IMG/VR virus record: IMGVR_UViG_3300001533_003144
Coordinates: 1 to 64,000 of that record
DNA from: a virus
Direction: 5' to 3' (one strand)
DNA: 64,000 bases
Shown here piece by piece: positions 29,046 to 38,763 of the stretch (position 1 is its first letter; each line of letters opens with the position of its first letter). The translations under genes and the position numbers were made by a program. Under the pieces are notes generated by a model that saw only the letters and a list, made by a program, of their open reading frames with translations, was not told where the DNA came from and made no database searches.

Positions 29046-29227
29046 ACTTGGTTCTAGCTAAACTCCCTTTTAACCGGGCTATATTATATCTTAAACAGGG
29101 GGATTCTTTAACAAGGGTCTATCCTTTAATAGAAGCTTCTGCAGAAGTTTCAGATGTTGTGGATTTAATAGAAAAAATCAAAAAGGAATGTGCTGTATGT
29201 GTGCAAACTCAAAATGCTACTGCATAG
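29042..29227 (+). CDS. hypothetical protein
   Basis: ATGA coupling. Confidence 0.45.
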   Translation: MNLVLAKLPFNRAILYLKQGDSLTRVYPLIEASAEVSDVVDLIEKIKKECAVCVQTQNATA

Positions 29228-29332
29228 CTTTTATATATGTCTATGTTGTCCTGTTCTTTGAGAGATTTGGTAAAGCCCTTCAGTTGATAGACAAGTTGCC
29301 GGGAAAGGTGTTCTTTTTTTTTGTAGGTAGGG

Positions 29333-30397
29333 TTGTATTTGTGTTTAATGGAGATAAGTTTGACTTTAGCTGTAAAATATCGTCCGAAAGAGTTCAGTGA
29401 GGTTTTAGGGCAGGAAACGGCTGTAAGGATTATTAGTAATTCTTTAGGTCTTTCTGGTGCTAAGATATATATGTTGTCCGGAACTCGTGGTTCTGGTAAA
29501 ACTACTTTAGCTCGGTTGATTGCCTCCCATTCTGATTTGAGAGGTACGGATCTTTTAGAGATAGACGGGGCTACTTATAACAAGGTGGCCGATATTGAGT
29601 CTATTGTTATTCCTTTCTTGTCCACTTACCCCAAGGGAGAAAGGAAGATGATTATTTTGGATGAATGTCACATGTTGTCACGGTCTGCTTGGTCTGCTCT
29701 CTTAAAGCCTTTAGAGGAGCTTCCTCCCTATATGATAATAGTTTTTTGTACTACAGAGGTGTCAAAGTTACTGCCAACTATTTTAAGCCGGTGTATAGAC
29801 ATTAGACTACCTAATGTCTCGTTTAAGGCGGTTTTTGATCGTTTAAAGTATATTGTTCTTCAAGAAAAGATAAATACAGATGAGGCTTCTTTAGAGATAA
29901 TAAGCCGGATGTCTGATGGGTCTATGCGAGAAGCTATATCAATTCTGGAGAGTTGTTATTTATATTCTAAAGAAATTACTCCTGAGATAGTATGGAAATG
30001 TATGAATCAGTTGCCTGATTACCAAAGAGCAGAATTTGTTATGGCTTTAAGGGATCAGGATTTATTGAAGGTAGAGAAGGTACTGTGTCAGGTGTCTGAT
30101 TTATTGTTTTTCTTTGAGATGTTTATTGATTTTTGTTCTTCTGAAATTCTTTCTGTCATTAAAAAGGATTCGTTGTTTTTTAAAGAAGAAGATGTTTCTT
30201 TTCTTAAATATGTGTTGAAAAAGTCTTTAAATATACAGTTAAGGTTTTCCGGATGTGATATAAGTTTAAATATTCTTATAAAAGCGTTTTTTCTTACTTT
30301 AGCTAAAACCGTCTCTTCCGGAGAGGTTTCTGAGCATAAAGAGGTTTTAGGGTTGTATAAGGTTTTAGATACTTGCGGTTTTGTGAAGGTCTGGTGA
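29333..30397 (+). CDS. dnaX: clamp loader gamma/tau subunit
   Basis: LAVKYRP, GTRGSGKTT, ILDECHML, LLKPLEE, TILSRC, GSMREA. Confidence 0.92.
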   Translation: MYLCLMEISLTLAVKYRPKEFSEVLGQETAVRIISNSLGLSGAKIYMLSGTRGSGKTTLARLIASHSDLRGTDLLEIDGATYNKVADIESIVIPFLSTYPKGERKMIILDECHMLSRSAWSALLKPLEELPPYMIIVFCTTEVSKLLPTILSRCIDIRLPNVSFKAVFDRLKYIVLQEKINTDEASLEIISRMSDGSMREAISILESCYLYSKEITPEIVWKCMNQLPDYQRAEFVMALRDQDLLKVEKVLCQVSDLLFFFEMFIDFCSSEILSVIKKDSLFFKEEDVSFLKYVLKKSLNIQLRFSGCDISLNILIKAFFLTLAKTVSSGEVSEHKEVLGLYKVLDTCGFVKVW

Positions 30398-31083
30398 TGC
30401 TATTAATAACGGATCGAGACATAATCTGTTTAACCGTTTTTATATCAAAAACAGTTAAACGGGAGGAGGATCGTACTCTTTTATTGGAGACCTTAGCCAC
30501 AGGTAAACCTGTTATAGCTAAAGCACTGTTGTTGGTATTGGCTGGTGCTGATTTTGGGTTTATACAGACTTACACAAGAATGCCGGAGGGGTACTTTCAA
30601 AGGTTTCTTGATAACTTCTATGAGTTTCATGGCAAGTACCCTCGGCTAGTTTTCCTGTTTCCTAATTTACGGGAAAACATAGAGGTAATGAGACAGGTAT
30701 ATTTTACGGCAGGGTTGCGGAAAGATTATGAGTTCTTAAAGGAAGCCGAGCGAGTGTTGGGTGTTTATGAGAAGCTGTCAAAGGTAGCCGGGAAGCTAAT
30801 TGTTCCTCCTGTTCCTGTAGAGAAGAGTAAATCTACAGAAGGTTCAGAGAAATCCGATAAGTCGGATAAGAGACCGACTGAGTATCTGGAGAAATTAGAA
30901 GAGCTTGCTCGACTGGACAAGGTTGCTGAAGAGTTTTTGAGTAATTATGACTATACTGAGAAAGTTAAGTTTATTGAGGCTATGAGCAAAGACCCCAGTT
31001 CTTTTATTGAAAGCGTTTTTGGTAAGAGGGGCTTTAATGGTAAGAAGTCTGATGAAGATGTTTCGGAAGATAAAAAACCATAG
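30373..31083 (+). CDS. hypothetical protein, candidate terminase small subunit
   Basis: Helical, near the terminase ATPase gene; positional inference only. Confidence 0.35.
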   Translation: MRFCEGLVMLLITDRDIICLTVFISKTVKREEDRTLLLETLATGKPVIAKALLLVLAGADFGFIQTYTRMPEGYFQRFLDNFYEFHGKYPRLVFLFPNLRENIEVMRQVYFTAGLRKDYEFLKEAERVLGVYEKLSKVAGKLIVPPVPVEKSKSTEGSEKSDKSDKRPTEYLEKLEELARLDKVAEEFLSNYDYTEKVKFIEAMSKDPSSFIESVFGKRGFNGKKSDEDVSEDKKP

Positions 31084-31094
31084 TGGAGGAATAG

Positions 31095-31340
31095 ATGCCT
31101 ATATTTGTGTGTGAAAAGTGTGGGGCTATAGAAAACACTGCTTTAGGGCATTTCTGGGGGAAAGCCCATTTCAGGTTTAAGGATGCCAATTTAAACGGTA
31201 AAGCTTTGTGTAGTCGTTGTGTCCCAATTCAGTTTATTTCTGGGGCTAAAACAGGGTACAACGGGGAATGGCATAACAAATTTCCTTTTGAGATATATGA
31301 TCCCGTTAAACACAAGGATTGGGATATAATAAATAAATAG
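31095..31340 (+). CDS. small Zn-finger protein
   Basis: CEKCG...LCSRC...GEWHNKF. Confidence 0.6.
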   Translation: MPIFVCEKCGAIENTALGHFWGKAHFRFKDANLNGKALCSRCVPIQFISGAKTGYNGEWHNKFPFEIYDPVKHKDWDIINK

Positions 31341-31348
31341 GTAGATAT

Positions 31349-32254
31349 ATGGATTCTAAGCTTCTCAAAGATTCCGCTATTGCTGATATGGTTAATGAAT
31401 TAAAAAAATTTCCTCCGGAAGCTAGATTCCATATTATTTTTCGTAAACTTATGGATGATGTTTATGATCGGCTTGTTCCTGATATGGATAAGTTTCTTTT
31501 TGATCCTCGGTTCTTGGGGTTTTCTGAGAGACAGATATTTCCTAGAGTCAGGGAAGTCTTGAATGTAATAGATCAGGATGATATTCGTGAGGTTTATATT
31601 GTTGCCGGTAAAGGTTCGGGTAAGTCGGTTATTGTGGGTATCTCCAAGTTGCGGATGCTTTACAAAGTCTTATGTTATGTTAATCCGAGTGCGTATTTTG
31701 GGCTTCTTCCGGGTACTTATATTGCGGCAGTTAATATGTCTATTAATAGCAGTCAGGCTTTAAATGTTATTTTCAAAAGGTTTTTACATTACCTTAATCA
31801 ACTGGATTCTTTTAAAAAACTTACTAAACAGGCAATACTTAAATACAAAAAATCCGAACAAGACAAAGAATTTAGTCTGCATAACTATGATTTGAAAGAG
31901 AACTTATCTAAATACGAGCTTTATGCGGAGACCGTAGGTATGGTTACTTTTCCGGGTAAGGATATAGTTGCAATATCCGGACACAGTAAAGCAAGTGCGT
32001 TTTATGGGTACGATGTTATTTTTGGTAGTATTGATGAGATGTCTTGGTTTGAGACAGGTAAGGAGAGGGTTTCAGATACCGATGAATTGCCCTCAGAAGA
32101 AATATATCAGGGTTTAAGTTCTTCGGGTTTATCCCGTTTTCCTGATCAGTATAAGATCGTGTCTATAAGTTCTCCAAGGGCACGAGTAGGAGACCCTTTG
32201 TGGAAAAGGTATGAGCGTGTTAAGAATATGGGTTCGGTTTTTACTGCTTTATAA
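31349..32254 (+). CDS. terminase large subunit, ATPase half
   Basis: Walker A GKGSGKS, Walker B FGSIDEM, coupling motif ISSPR. Confidence 0.85.
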   Translation: MDSKLLKDSAIADMVNELKKFPPEARFHIIFRKLMDDVYDRLVPDMDKFLFDPRFLGFSERQIFPRVREVLNVIDQDDIREVYIVAGKGSGKSVIVGISKLRMLYKVLCYVNPSAYFGLLPGTYIAAVNMSINSSQALNVIFKRFLHYLNQLDSFKKLTKQAILKYKKSEQDKEFSLHNYDLKENLSKYELYAETVGMVTFPGKDIVAISGHSKASAFYGYDVIFGSIDEMSWFETGKERVSDTDELPSEEIYQGLSSSGLSRFPDQYKIVSISSPRARVGDPLWKRYERVKNMGSVFTAL

Positions 32255-32258
32255 TCTC

Positions 32259-32269
32259 TTTATATAATA
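32259..32269 (+). promoter_or_regulatory. phage promoter motif class B (TTTATATAATA), copy 1
   Basis: Same 11-mer at four intergenic sites in the structural region. Confidence 0.65.
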
Positions 32270-32283
32270 CTTTAGACTTTTTA

Positions 32284-32850
32284 TTGGAGGTCTTTGTGTT
32301 TTTTACTTCGTTACTTCATAGGCTTTTTGCGTTATGGTGTAGAGTATATAATTGGTTTGAGTCTGAATACTATCCTGATATAGTCATACCTAAATATACC
32401 TATGGTGTAGAGATTAGCCAGTCTTGGCGGAACCTTATACTTGACTACAGTATAGAGTATCATAAAGATAAGTGGTATATGTTATGCGATGTTATCTCTA
32501 TTCCTGTTGCAATTCTGTCTCGTGGTTGGGGTGATTGTGATGATTTTGCACGACTGGCTCATTCATTTTTTGGTGAGAGTTTCTTGTATGAGGGTAGTAC
32601 CTTTAAGTTTAAGGGCTTATATGCTTTAATATACTCAAAAAAACCTCATCACATGGTAGCTGTTTGGGAAAATTCTTTAGGTTGTGTTATTTCAGCTGGG
32701 GATGTTCATCGGGTACGGGTTCATTCTAATTTCAGATCATTTGAGGCGGATTTTGGTCGGAACTCCTCTGGACACTCTTTAAAGGGATTAAGCAGGTTCT
32801 TGATTATTTCCGGGAAGGTTTATTATAAAAACACTTTTAAGGTGTCATAA
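32284..32850 (+). CDS. transglutaminase-like cysteine protease
   Basis: GDCDDFA and HHMVAV motifs. Confidence 0.7.
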   Translation: MEVFVFFTSLLHRLFALWCRVYNWFESEYYPDIVIPKYTYGVEISQSWRNLILDYSIEYHKDKWYMLCDVISIPVAILSRGWGDCDDFARLAHSFFGESFLYEGSTFKFKGLYALIYSKKPHHMVAVWENSLGCVISAGDVHRVRVHSNFRSFEADFGRNSSGHSLKGLSRFLIISGKVYYKNTFKVS

Positions 32851-33116
32851 TGGAGATGATTTCTGTTTTATTTCAGTACCACGCTATAATAGTTTTTGTT
32901 GTGCCTGTGTCTTATCAGATATTGTCTTTACCTATAATTAAGTCACGGTTAGAGGCCAAGTTTCTTGTCCCTCTATTTGTTACTTTTCTTATATGTATAT
33001 GTTTCTTTTATGAGGAAGGGTTGATGTCTATTTTACAGAATACCGTTGAGTATGCTGGTAAAAGTATAATTTTAAACGAGGTTTATAAAAATGTTTTTAA
33101 AAGGAGGGAGAAATGA
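32850..33116 (+). CDS. small membrane protein (holin-like)
   Basis: Two to three hydrophobic segments, basic C-terminus. Confidence 0.45.
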   Translation: MEMISVLFQYHAIIVFVVPVSYQILSLPIIKSRLEAKFLVPLFVTFLICICFFYEEGLMSILQNTVEYAGKSIILNEVYKNVFKRREK

Positions 33117-34516
33117 AAGGGGAAAAAGTTAAAGCCGCTGATAAGGTTTTTAAAAGTACCGAAGTGGTTCTTAGTGATGCTCTTGCTCATTGTAAGGACT
33201 GGTTAAAGGTTATGACCGGTGTAACTGAAGCTGCTAAAATTATGCAGACCATAGCAAAAAAGGCTTCGGGATCTACTACCCATGCGAAAGCTTTTGTAAA
33301 CTTGGTGGGTATGACCAATAAAGAAAGCGACCTCTATACCGCAGTGAAGACTCTTTTTGAGACTATTCAGTCTTATGCAAAGGTAGCTAAAAGTGGTAGT
33401 ATTGCTCAACAGGTACTCGAATATGTTTTTGGTAATGTTGAGGCTTACGGAGGTAAAGAGAAGCTTGATTTGTATCTGCAGCAGTTGGAGGCAGATAAGG
33501 ACCGTTTGATCCTTCAGTTTCCTGTAGGTTCTCCTGGTGAGTTTGATAAGGTTGTTGAGTTGTTTGTCGAGAAGCGTGTCCGGACATCTCCTTATTCTGT
33601 CAAAAGGACAGAAATGTTGTCAAGCGTAATTGAGCTTATGGGTACTTATGTTGAAGATGCCGGCAGAAAGTATAAGGAAGCTGTGCAGAGTATTGGTGCT
33701 TTAAATGAGTTCTTAGTGCTGGTCAATGAATATGCTTCTTTAAAAAAGCCTGAAGATCGTGACAGGGTTGAACAGCAGTTAATGCAAAATCCTCTTTGGG
33801 AAAAGTTTGGTGCGTTGGTATCTTTTCCGGCAGAGAAGGGTAGCTATGTATATGATATGGAAGTGATGGATCCTGCTCCAAAAGTCCAGAGTTTTATGTT
33901 ACAGGCGGCTATGTGTGTTCGTGCTTTCTTGGATGATCCTATAGAAGCTTTTATTACTGTAGATAGTATTCTTGAGACTCTGGTGATCGGGATGAGTGAA
34001 GTCATCTCTTACACCCTAGATGTTGTAGAGGAGGAAGTTCCTGAACCTGCTGTTGAAGAAGATTTGTACGGTGAGCTTGAGTTAGCTGCCAGTTTTAAAC
34101 AGAAAGCGTTGGACATAAGCGGTGATATCTCTACGGAAGAGATTATGAAAGCCCGACAGATCCTTGAAGATGCCGGGATCTCTGAGGAGATTATATTTCT
34201 TCTTCCTTCGGTAGAGGAAGTTGATCAGCTTAATCAGGTTGCAGCAAACAAAAAAAGTGCTGTGACTCTGGAACTTATTCGGGGGTATGCCAACCATTTT
34301 GATGTCGTAGCTAAATCGGGTGGTAGGCTTGACCCTATAAAGAATGCTTTAATTTCAGATGTGAGGTCTCTGGGTGTTACAGCTTCCAGGGTTAAGGTTC
34401 TTTCCGGGATGTCTGTTAATTCTCTTTATTCTGAGACACTTTTTCCTGAAAAGTTTCTTACAGGTTATTTGGGTATGAAGCCTGTTAAAGCTGTTCGTAA
34501 GGTTAAGGATATATAG
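33113..34516 (+). CDS. hypothetical helical protein, candidate internal head protein
   Basis: 467 aa; multiple V-x-A motifs. Confidence 0.55.
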   Translation: MKGEKVKAADKVFKSTEVVLSDALAHCKDWLKVMTGVTEAAKIMQTIAKKASGSTTHAKAFVNLVGMTNKESDLYTAVKTLFETIQSYAKVAKSGSIAQQVLEYVFGNVEAYGGKEKLDLYLQQLEADKDRLILQFPVGSPGEFDKVVELFVEKRVRTSPYSVKRTEMLSSVIELMGTYVEDAGRKYKEAVQSIGALNEFLVLVNEYASLKKPEDRDRVEQQLMQNPLWEKFGALVSFPAEKGSYVYDMEVMDPAPKVQSFMLQAAMCVRAFLDDPIEAFITVDSILETLVIGMSEVISYTLDVVEEEVPEPAVEEDLYGELELAASFKQKALDISGDISTEEIMKARQILEDAGISEEIIFLLPSVEEVDQLNQVAANKKSAVTLELIRGYANHFDVVAKSGGRLDPIKNALISDVRSLGVTASRVKVLSGMSVNSLYSETLFPEKFLTGYLGMKPVKAVRKVKDI

Positions 34517-34549
34517 TTATATTTATTTGGTTTGTTCTATTTATGGTGA

Positions 34550-36061
34550 ATGATGTCTGATGATCGCTTAGAAATGTACCGGAGTGGGTCGAAGGTTGCT
34601 ATAAAAGGTTCCACTTGGGTTTTTAAGGGGGTCTCTAAAGATCTGTTTCAAGATGAGTTTGATTCTAATCCTGTAAAGGCTCGAAGAGATTATGGTGCAG
34701 AGCCTCCTGAAGGTTCTGGTAATGCTATTCCTATGCCCGAACTTATTGATACCTATTCAAACAAAGGCAGGGAGGACCCTGTTGACAGTTCATTAAACCG
34801 GTTGGGCTGGGTTGTTCCTCCGATCTTTGAGTGGTTTGTTGGGGATCCTCGGTTTAACTATTACCTACACTTTGACCTTTCAAAGTCAGGAGACCAGACA
34901 GGTTTAGGTCTGGTGCATTATGATCATTATACTAATATGTATGCAGCTGACCTTATAATGAAAATCCCTGTGTCAAAAGACTGGAATCTCAAGTTTAAGT
35001 CTATAGAGATTTTGGTAGATTTTTTGATTGGTAGAGGGTTTTATTTGGCAACAGTTAGTTTTGATGGTTTTCAGTCTTTACAGATAATACAAAACCTGAC
35101 AGCTAAAGGTATAAATGCTTTACAGTTTTCGGTGGATCGTTCTCCGGAAGCTTATGATACCTTAATATCTACAATTCTTCAGAATAGGTTTGATTACTAC
35201 TATCATTATACTTTTTGTGAAGAACTTAAAGCAATTCAGATAGTGGGTAATAAGTATGATCACCCTTCTGGAGGGTCTAAGGATGTAAGTGACGGTGTTG
35301 CCGGGTCTTTAGCTAATTGTGTTAGGGCTTCTACGGCCGTTGCTTTTAACCGGGAAGATCTTTCCGATGTTTTTATTGATTCAGAAATGGTGTTTGAAGA
35401 CGGTTTCGTTATTGATAAAGAAACCGGGGCTGTTGAAATAACTAATTTACACGCCATTCGTTACGGTAATTTAAGCAGCTTTTATATAGACTCCTATGAA
35501 GATGTAGTTTTAGTGTTGCGAGGGTATCTTGAGAACCGTGTTTTCTTTTTGGATTATGTTGAGTTGTTTGATTTGGGTACTCCTAATTTATATGATATTC
35601 TCCTTAATTTAATCTCAGCCTTTAAACCTGCGTTTGTAGGCTTGGGTCGGTCGGTATCTTTCCATATTGTGGATATGCTTAGGGAAGCTAGAATTCGTGC
35701 TGTTTCTGCTGATACCGGTAGATTGGATACTGCTTCCAACAAAAACATCCGGGTAGTTCGTCAGAATCTTAGGGAGACAATAGAAACTTTGGTAGCTCAG
35801 ATAAAACAAAAGTCCTTTAAAGTTGTAGATCGCCTAACTATATTTAATCAGCTTTCCGAACTCAATTACAATAACTACCAGAACAAGTTATTAGCAGTCT
35901 CTATGGGGGCTTGGTTACATTATATGCTACAGGAAACTAAAAGGAGTTTAGGTAAGATGCCAAGACCCGTGTTGGGTGGGGAGAATGTTTCTTATTCGGT
36001 AAGAACACCCTCTGTCCCCAATGCAAGGCAAGGGGGTCGCCCTAAACCAAAGTTCCGGTAA
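34550..36061 (+). CDS. terminase large subunit, nuclease half, with extra C-terminal domain
   Basis: STW, RRDYGAEP, HFDLSKSGD, SFDGFQS, DHPSGGSKDVSDGV. Confidence 0.85.
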   Translation: MMSDDRLEMYRSGSKVAIKGSTWVFKGVSKDLFQDEFDSNPVKARRDYGAEPPEGSGNAIPMPELIDTYSNKGREDPVDSSLNRLGWVVPPIFEWFVGDPRFNYYLHFDLSKSGDQTGLGLVHYDHYTNMYAADLIMKIPVSKDWNLKFKSIEILVDFLIGRGFYLATVSFDGFQSLQIIQNLTAKGINALQFSVDRSPEAYDTLISTILQNRFDYYYHYTFCEELKAIQIVGNKYDHPSGGSKDVSDGVAGSLANCVRASTAVAFNREDLSDVFIDSEMVFEDGFVIDKETGAVEITNLHAIRYGNLSSFYIDSYEDVVLVLRGYLENRVFFLDYVELFDLGTPNLYDILLNLISAFKPAFVGLGRSVSFHIVDMLREARIRAVSADTGRLDTASNKNIRVVRQNLRETIETLVAQIKQKSFKVVDRLTIFNQLSELNYNNYQNKLLAVSMGAWLHYMLQETKRSLGKMPRPVLGGENVSYSVRTPSVPNARQGGRPKPKFR

Positions 36062-36071
36062 AACTTAGAAG

Positions 36072-36082
36072 TTTATACAATA
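36072..36082 (+). promoter_or_regulatory. class B promoter variant (TTTATACAATA)
   Basis: One mismatch to consensus; intergenic. Confidence 0.5.
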
Positions 36083-36100
36083 AATGAGATTGTTCTTGCT

Positions 36101-36376
36101 ATGGAGGTTTGTATGGGAGCTAAAGTGGTTGGAGGCTTTTTAGAGGAGATCCAGGCAGCTATGGAGGTTTTAGACGAGCCTAAAGCCGTTGAAAATGGTG
36201 ACGGGACTTCGGTTGTGACGGATTCAACGGGGTTTTGTTCTGAGGATATGGATACCGAAAGCCTGGATGAGTTTCTAAGTTATGCCCGTTATGGGAACGA
36301 AGTTCAGTTTGGGTCTTTTAGACATAATCGGGACTTTATTGTGAAAAATGGTAGGTTGTTTGTACTTCAAAAATAG
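36101..36376 (+). CDS. hypothetical protein
   Basis: GGAGG RBS before ATG 36113. Confidence 0.55.
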   Translation: MEVCMGAKVVGGFLEEIQAAMEVLDEPKAVENGDGTSVVTDSTGFCSEDMDTESLDEFLSYARYGNEVQFGSFRHNRDFIVKNGRLFVLQK

Positions 36377-36385
36377 GAGGGAATA

Positions 36386-37132
36386 ATGGATTTTTTAGAC
36401 AAAGGTACAGTTACTACCGGGGATTTTAAAGATTACTTAAAATCTTTGGTTGAGTTTGGTCAGATGATAGGAGACGCTGCTGACGAGGAGGTTTTACAGA
36501 ATACTCACATTAAAGATATTGTAACTGCCAAACATCGTAAAAGGGCGGCTATTCGTGAAGCAGCTTTAGGGAATTCCCCTAAAGTTAAGCTACTGAAAAA
36601 TGTTGTTGCTATTAAGAAAAAAGAAGAGTCAGGCTGGGTTGTTTATGACAGTTCTGGTAAAAAGCGGTTAGGGGGTCCTTATTCTTCTGAAAAGGAGGCT
36701 GATAAAAGGCTCGATCAGGTTGAGTATTTTAAATCTAAGTCTAAAGAGAAAGAACCTGAAAAAAGGGTTGAAGCTAAAGACAGGACAGAGAGTGAGATAG
36801 ATTCAGTTTCTGCCTATGATTTGTCGAGGAAAGTAACGGCTTTTGTTAGTTGGGCTATGATGAAGGGTGGTCCCAGAGTTCGTAGTTATGCTCAATCTAT
36901 TAATCTGGGTATGACAGCTCTTGCCCGAAGTGTCGGGAGCAGTTTATATGCAGTTCATAACCGGAATGAGATTGGTAATAGTTCTTCATTTGGTTTAAGG
37001 GCGGTTCAGGAAGCGAAGTCCCGTGTGGAGACATTGTTGTCTTTAAAAATAACTGCAAAAGAGAAAGATCATCTTCTTGGTCTTATGAACGACCTTAATT
37101 TGGTAGAAAAAATAGTTAAGTTAAGAAAATAG
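36386..37132 (+). CDS. hypothetical protein, candidate internal head protein
   Basis: GWVVY..SGKKRLG.Y.SEKEA.KRL.QVEYFK module; multiple V/I-x-A motifs. Confidence 0.6.
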   Translation: MDFLDKGTVTTGDFKDYLKSLVEFGQMIGDAADEEVLQNTHIKDIVTAKHRKRAAIREAALGNSPKVKLLKNVVAIKKKEESGWVVYDSSGKKRLGGPYSSEKEADKRLDQVEYFKSKSKEKEPEKRVEAKDRTESEIDSVSAYDLSRKVTAFVSWAMMKGGPRVRSYAQSINLGMTALARSVGSSLYAVHNRNEIGNSSSFGLRAVQEAKSRVETLLSLKITAKEKDHLLGLMNDLNLVEKIVKLRK

Positions 37133-37143
37133 GAGGTCTTACT

Positions 37144-37434
37144 ATGTTAAATGGTACTAATTTTGTTCCTGTCACCAAAGATATTTTTAAGCAGATGAGT
37201 TCTGCCGAAAAGGAAGAAGTTATTTCACATTTTAAAAGGGAATGTTTGATGGCTTCTGATGATATTCAGGGTGTTATTGATTTTGCTACGGATGTAATCC
37301 GATTGAGTCATAAGTTGCCGGTTAAACTAGATTTCAGTCAGATAATTGCAGCTATTAATAATGAAGAGGTAGCAGATCCAACTGTTATTGAGCATAGTGA
37401 AGTGGCTAAGGGGGGTGAAAATGTCCCCGAATAA
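37144..37434 (+). CDS. hypothetical protein
   Basis: AGGAGG RBS. Confidence 0.55.
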   Translation: MLNGTNFVPVTKDIFKQMSSAEKEEVISHFKRECLMASDDIQGVIDFATDVIRLSHKLPVKLDFSQIIAAINNEEVADPTVIEHSEVAKGGENVPE

Positions 37435-38188
37435 AAAAGTTAGAAAGAAAAAAACTGAGGTAGAGGCTGTTGCTCAGTCTGTGCCTACTAAAGCTTCTTT
37501 GGCTAGAAACCCTAAGAAGTTTGTTGGTTTTAAGCTTGTCAGGTTTCCCCAGGGTATTTTAAAAGATATTTATGGTAATCCTGAGTTGCTTGTTCCTCGT
37601 ATGCGTTGGGTAAATGCTGAGGTATTCTCTGTGGTAGATCGTGTTTTGAAAAGTCCTTACCAAAAGGTTATTGTCATTACGGATACTTTCAGATTACCTT
37701 CCGAAAGTTATGTAGCCCGTATGAAAAAAGGAGGTAAGGTAGCTCCTACAGGTCTTTCCGGGCATAACTATGGCATTTCATGGGATATTGCTCTTGAACA
37801 TACTTATTCGGCTTCTGGTAAGTCTCATTCCGAGTTAGTAAAGGACTTGTCTGGCCTTGGTTTGTATCCTATATCAAGAGAGCCTTGGCACTTCAATTTG
37901 GTTTTTAAAGATGAGCGAGAGTATTTCTTTTCACTCTTTGATAAACTTTCTTTTTTACATAAAAAAATGGCGAAAGACATGGTTAAATCGTTCAGTAGTC
38001 TGGTTGTGTCTGTTAAGTCTATTAAAGATATTCAGTCTAAATTGGGTTTAGTTGCTGACGGTATTGTTGGTAAGCGTACTGGGATGGCTGTTACAATGCT
38101 GTTGGCCGAGAAGAAGGGGTTGTTCAAGGGTGTCTTAGATGATAAGGTTAATGAAATAAATGTTAATTTAGTTGATGTATGGGAGTAG
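37388..38188 (+). CDS. endolysin: M15-type Zn peptidase + peptidoglycan-binding domain (likely start ATG 37421)
   Basis: SGHNYGISWDI, EPWHF, IQSKLGLVADGIVGKRT. Confidence 0.85.
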   Translation: MSIVKWLRGVKMSPNKKVRKKKTEVEAVAQSVPTKASLARNPKKFVGFKLVRFPQGILKDIYGNPELLVPRMRWVNAEVFSVVDRVLKSPYQKVIVITDTFRLPSESYVARMKKGGKVAPTGLSGHNYGISWDIALEHTYSASGKSHSELVKDLSGLGLYPISREPWHFNLVFKDEREYFFSLFDKLSFLHKKMAKDMVKSFSSLVVSVKSIKDIQSKLGLVADGIVGKRTGMAVTMLLAEKKGLFKGVLDDKVNEINVNLVDVWE

Positions 38189-38751
38189 TTATGGAAAATT
38201 CTACTGATAAATTAATTATTAAATCTACTGGTACATTAGGGGATGTTGCTCTTCCTGATATGGATGCTGAGGAGATAGCGGCTTGGGAAGGTAAGGAAGT
38301 TCAGGATCAGGAAGGTCGTGAGTATATTCTGAAATACAAAACCAATAAAGATCTGGGTGGTGGGGATGTTGTCAAGAATCTTGAAGCTGAACAGAAGAGT
38401 TCTCCGGATTCGGTGCATCTCGGCGAAGGTGTCGAGGTTAGCGGTAAATGGGACCCTTATCAATACCTGGAAAACCTTTATAATGATTACTTGGATTTGG
38501 TACAGAAGTCCGATCTTCTTTTTTCACAAAAACTGGCAGGAGAGTATGACGGTAAAATATATGATGAGTTCAGTTGTTTTGAGGATTTTTGTCAGGACTG
38601 TTTAGAGCATTTAAAGGATCAGTTGAAGTTGTTCCAGGCTAAACTTAGGCAGAATGCTATTAATAACAGACAATATCAAAATGCTAAACTAATCTTAGAT
38701 ACCTGTACCGAAGCTCTCCGGAAGTTCCTGTGTGGGGACATAAAATTTTAA
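38179..38751 (+). CDS. hypothetical protein
   Basis: ORF in operon. Confidence 0.55.
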   Translation: MGVVMENSTDKLIIKSTGTLGDVALPDMDAEEIAAWEGKEVQDQEGREYILKYKTNKDLGGGDVVKNLEAEQKSSPDSVHLGEGVEVSGKWDPYQYLENLYNDYLDLVQKSDLLFSQKLAGEYDGKIYDEFSCFEDFCQDCLEHLKDQLKLFQAKLRQNAINNRQYQNAKLILDTCTEALRKFLCGDIKF

Positions 38752-38763
38752 TGGAGAGTCCTT

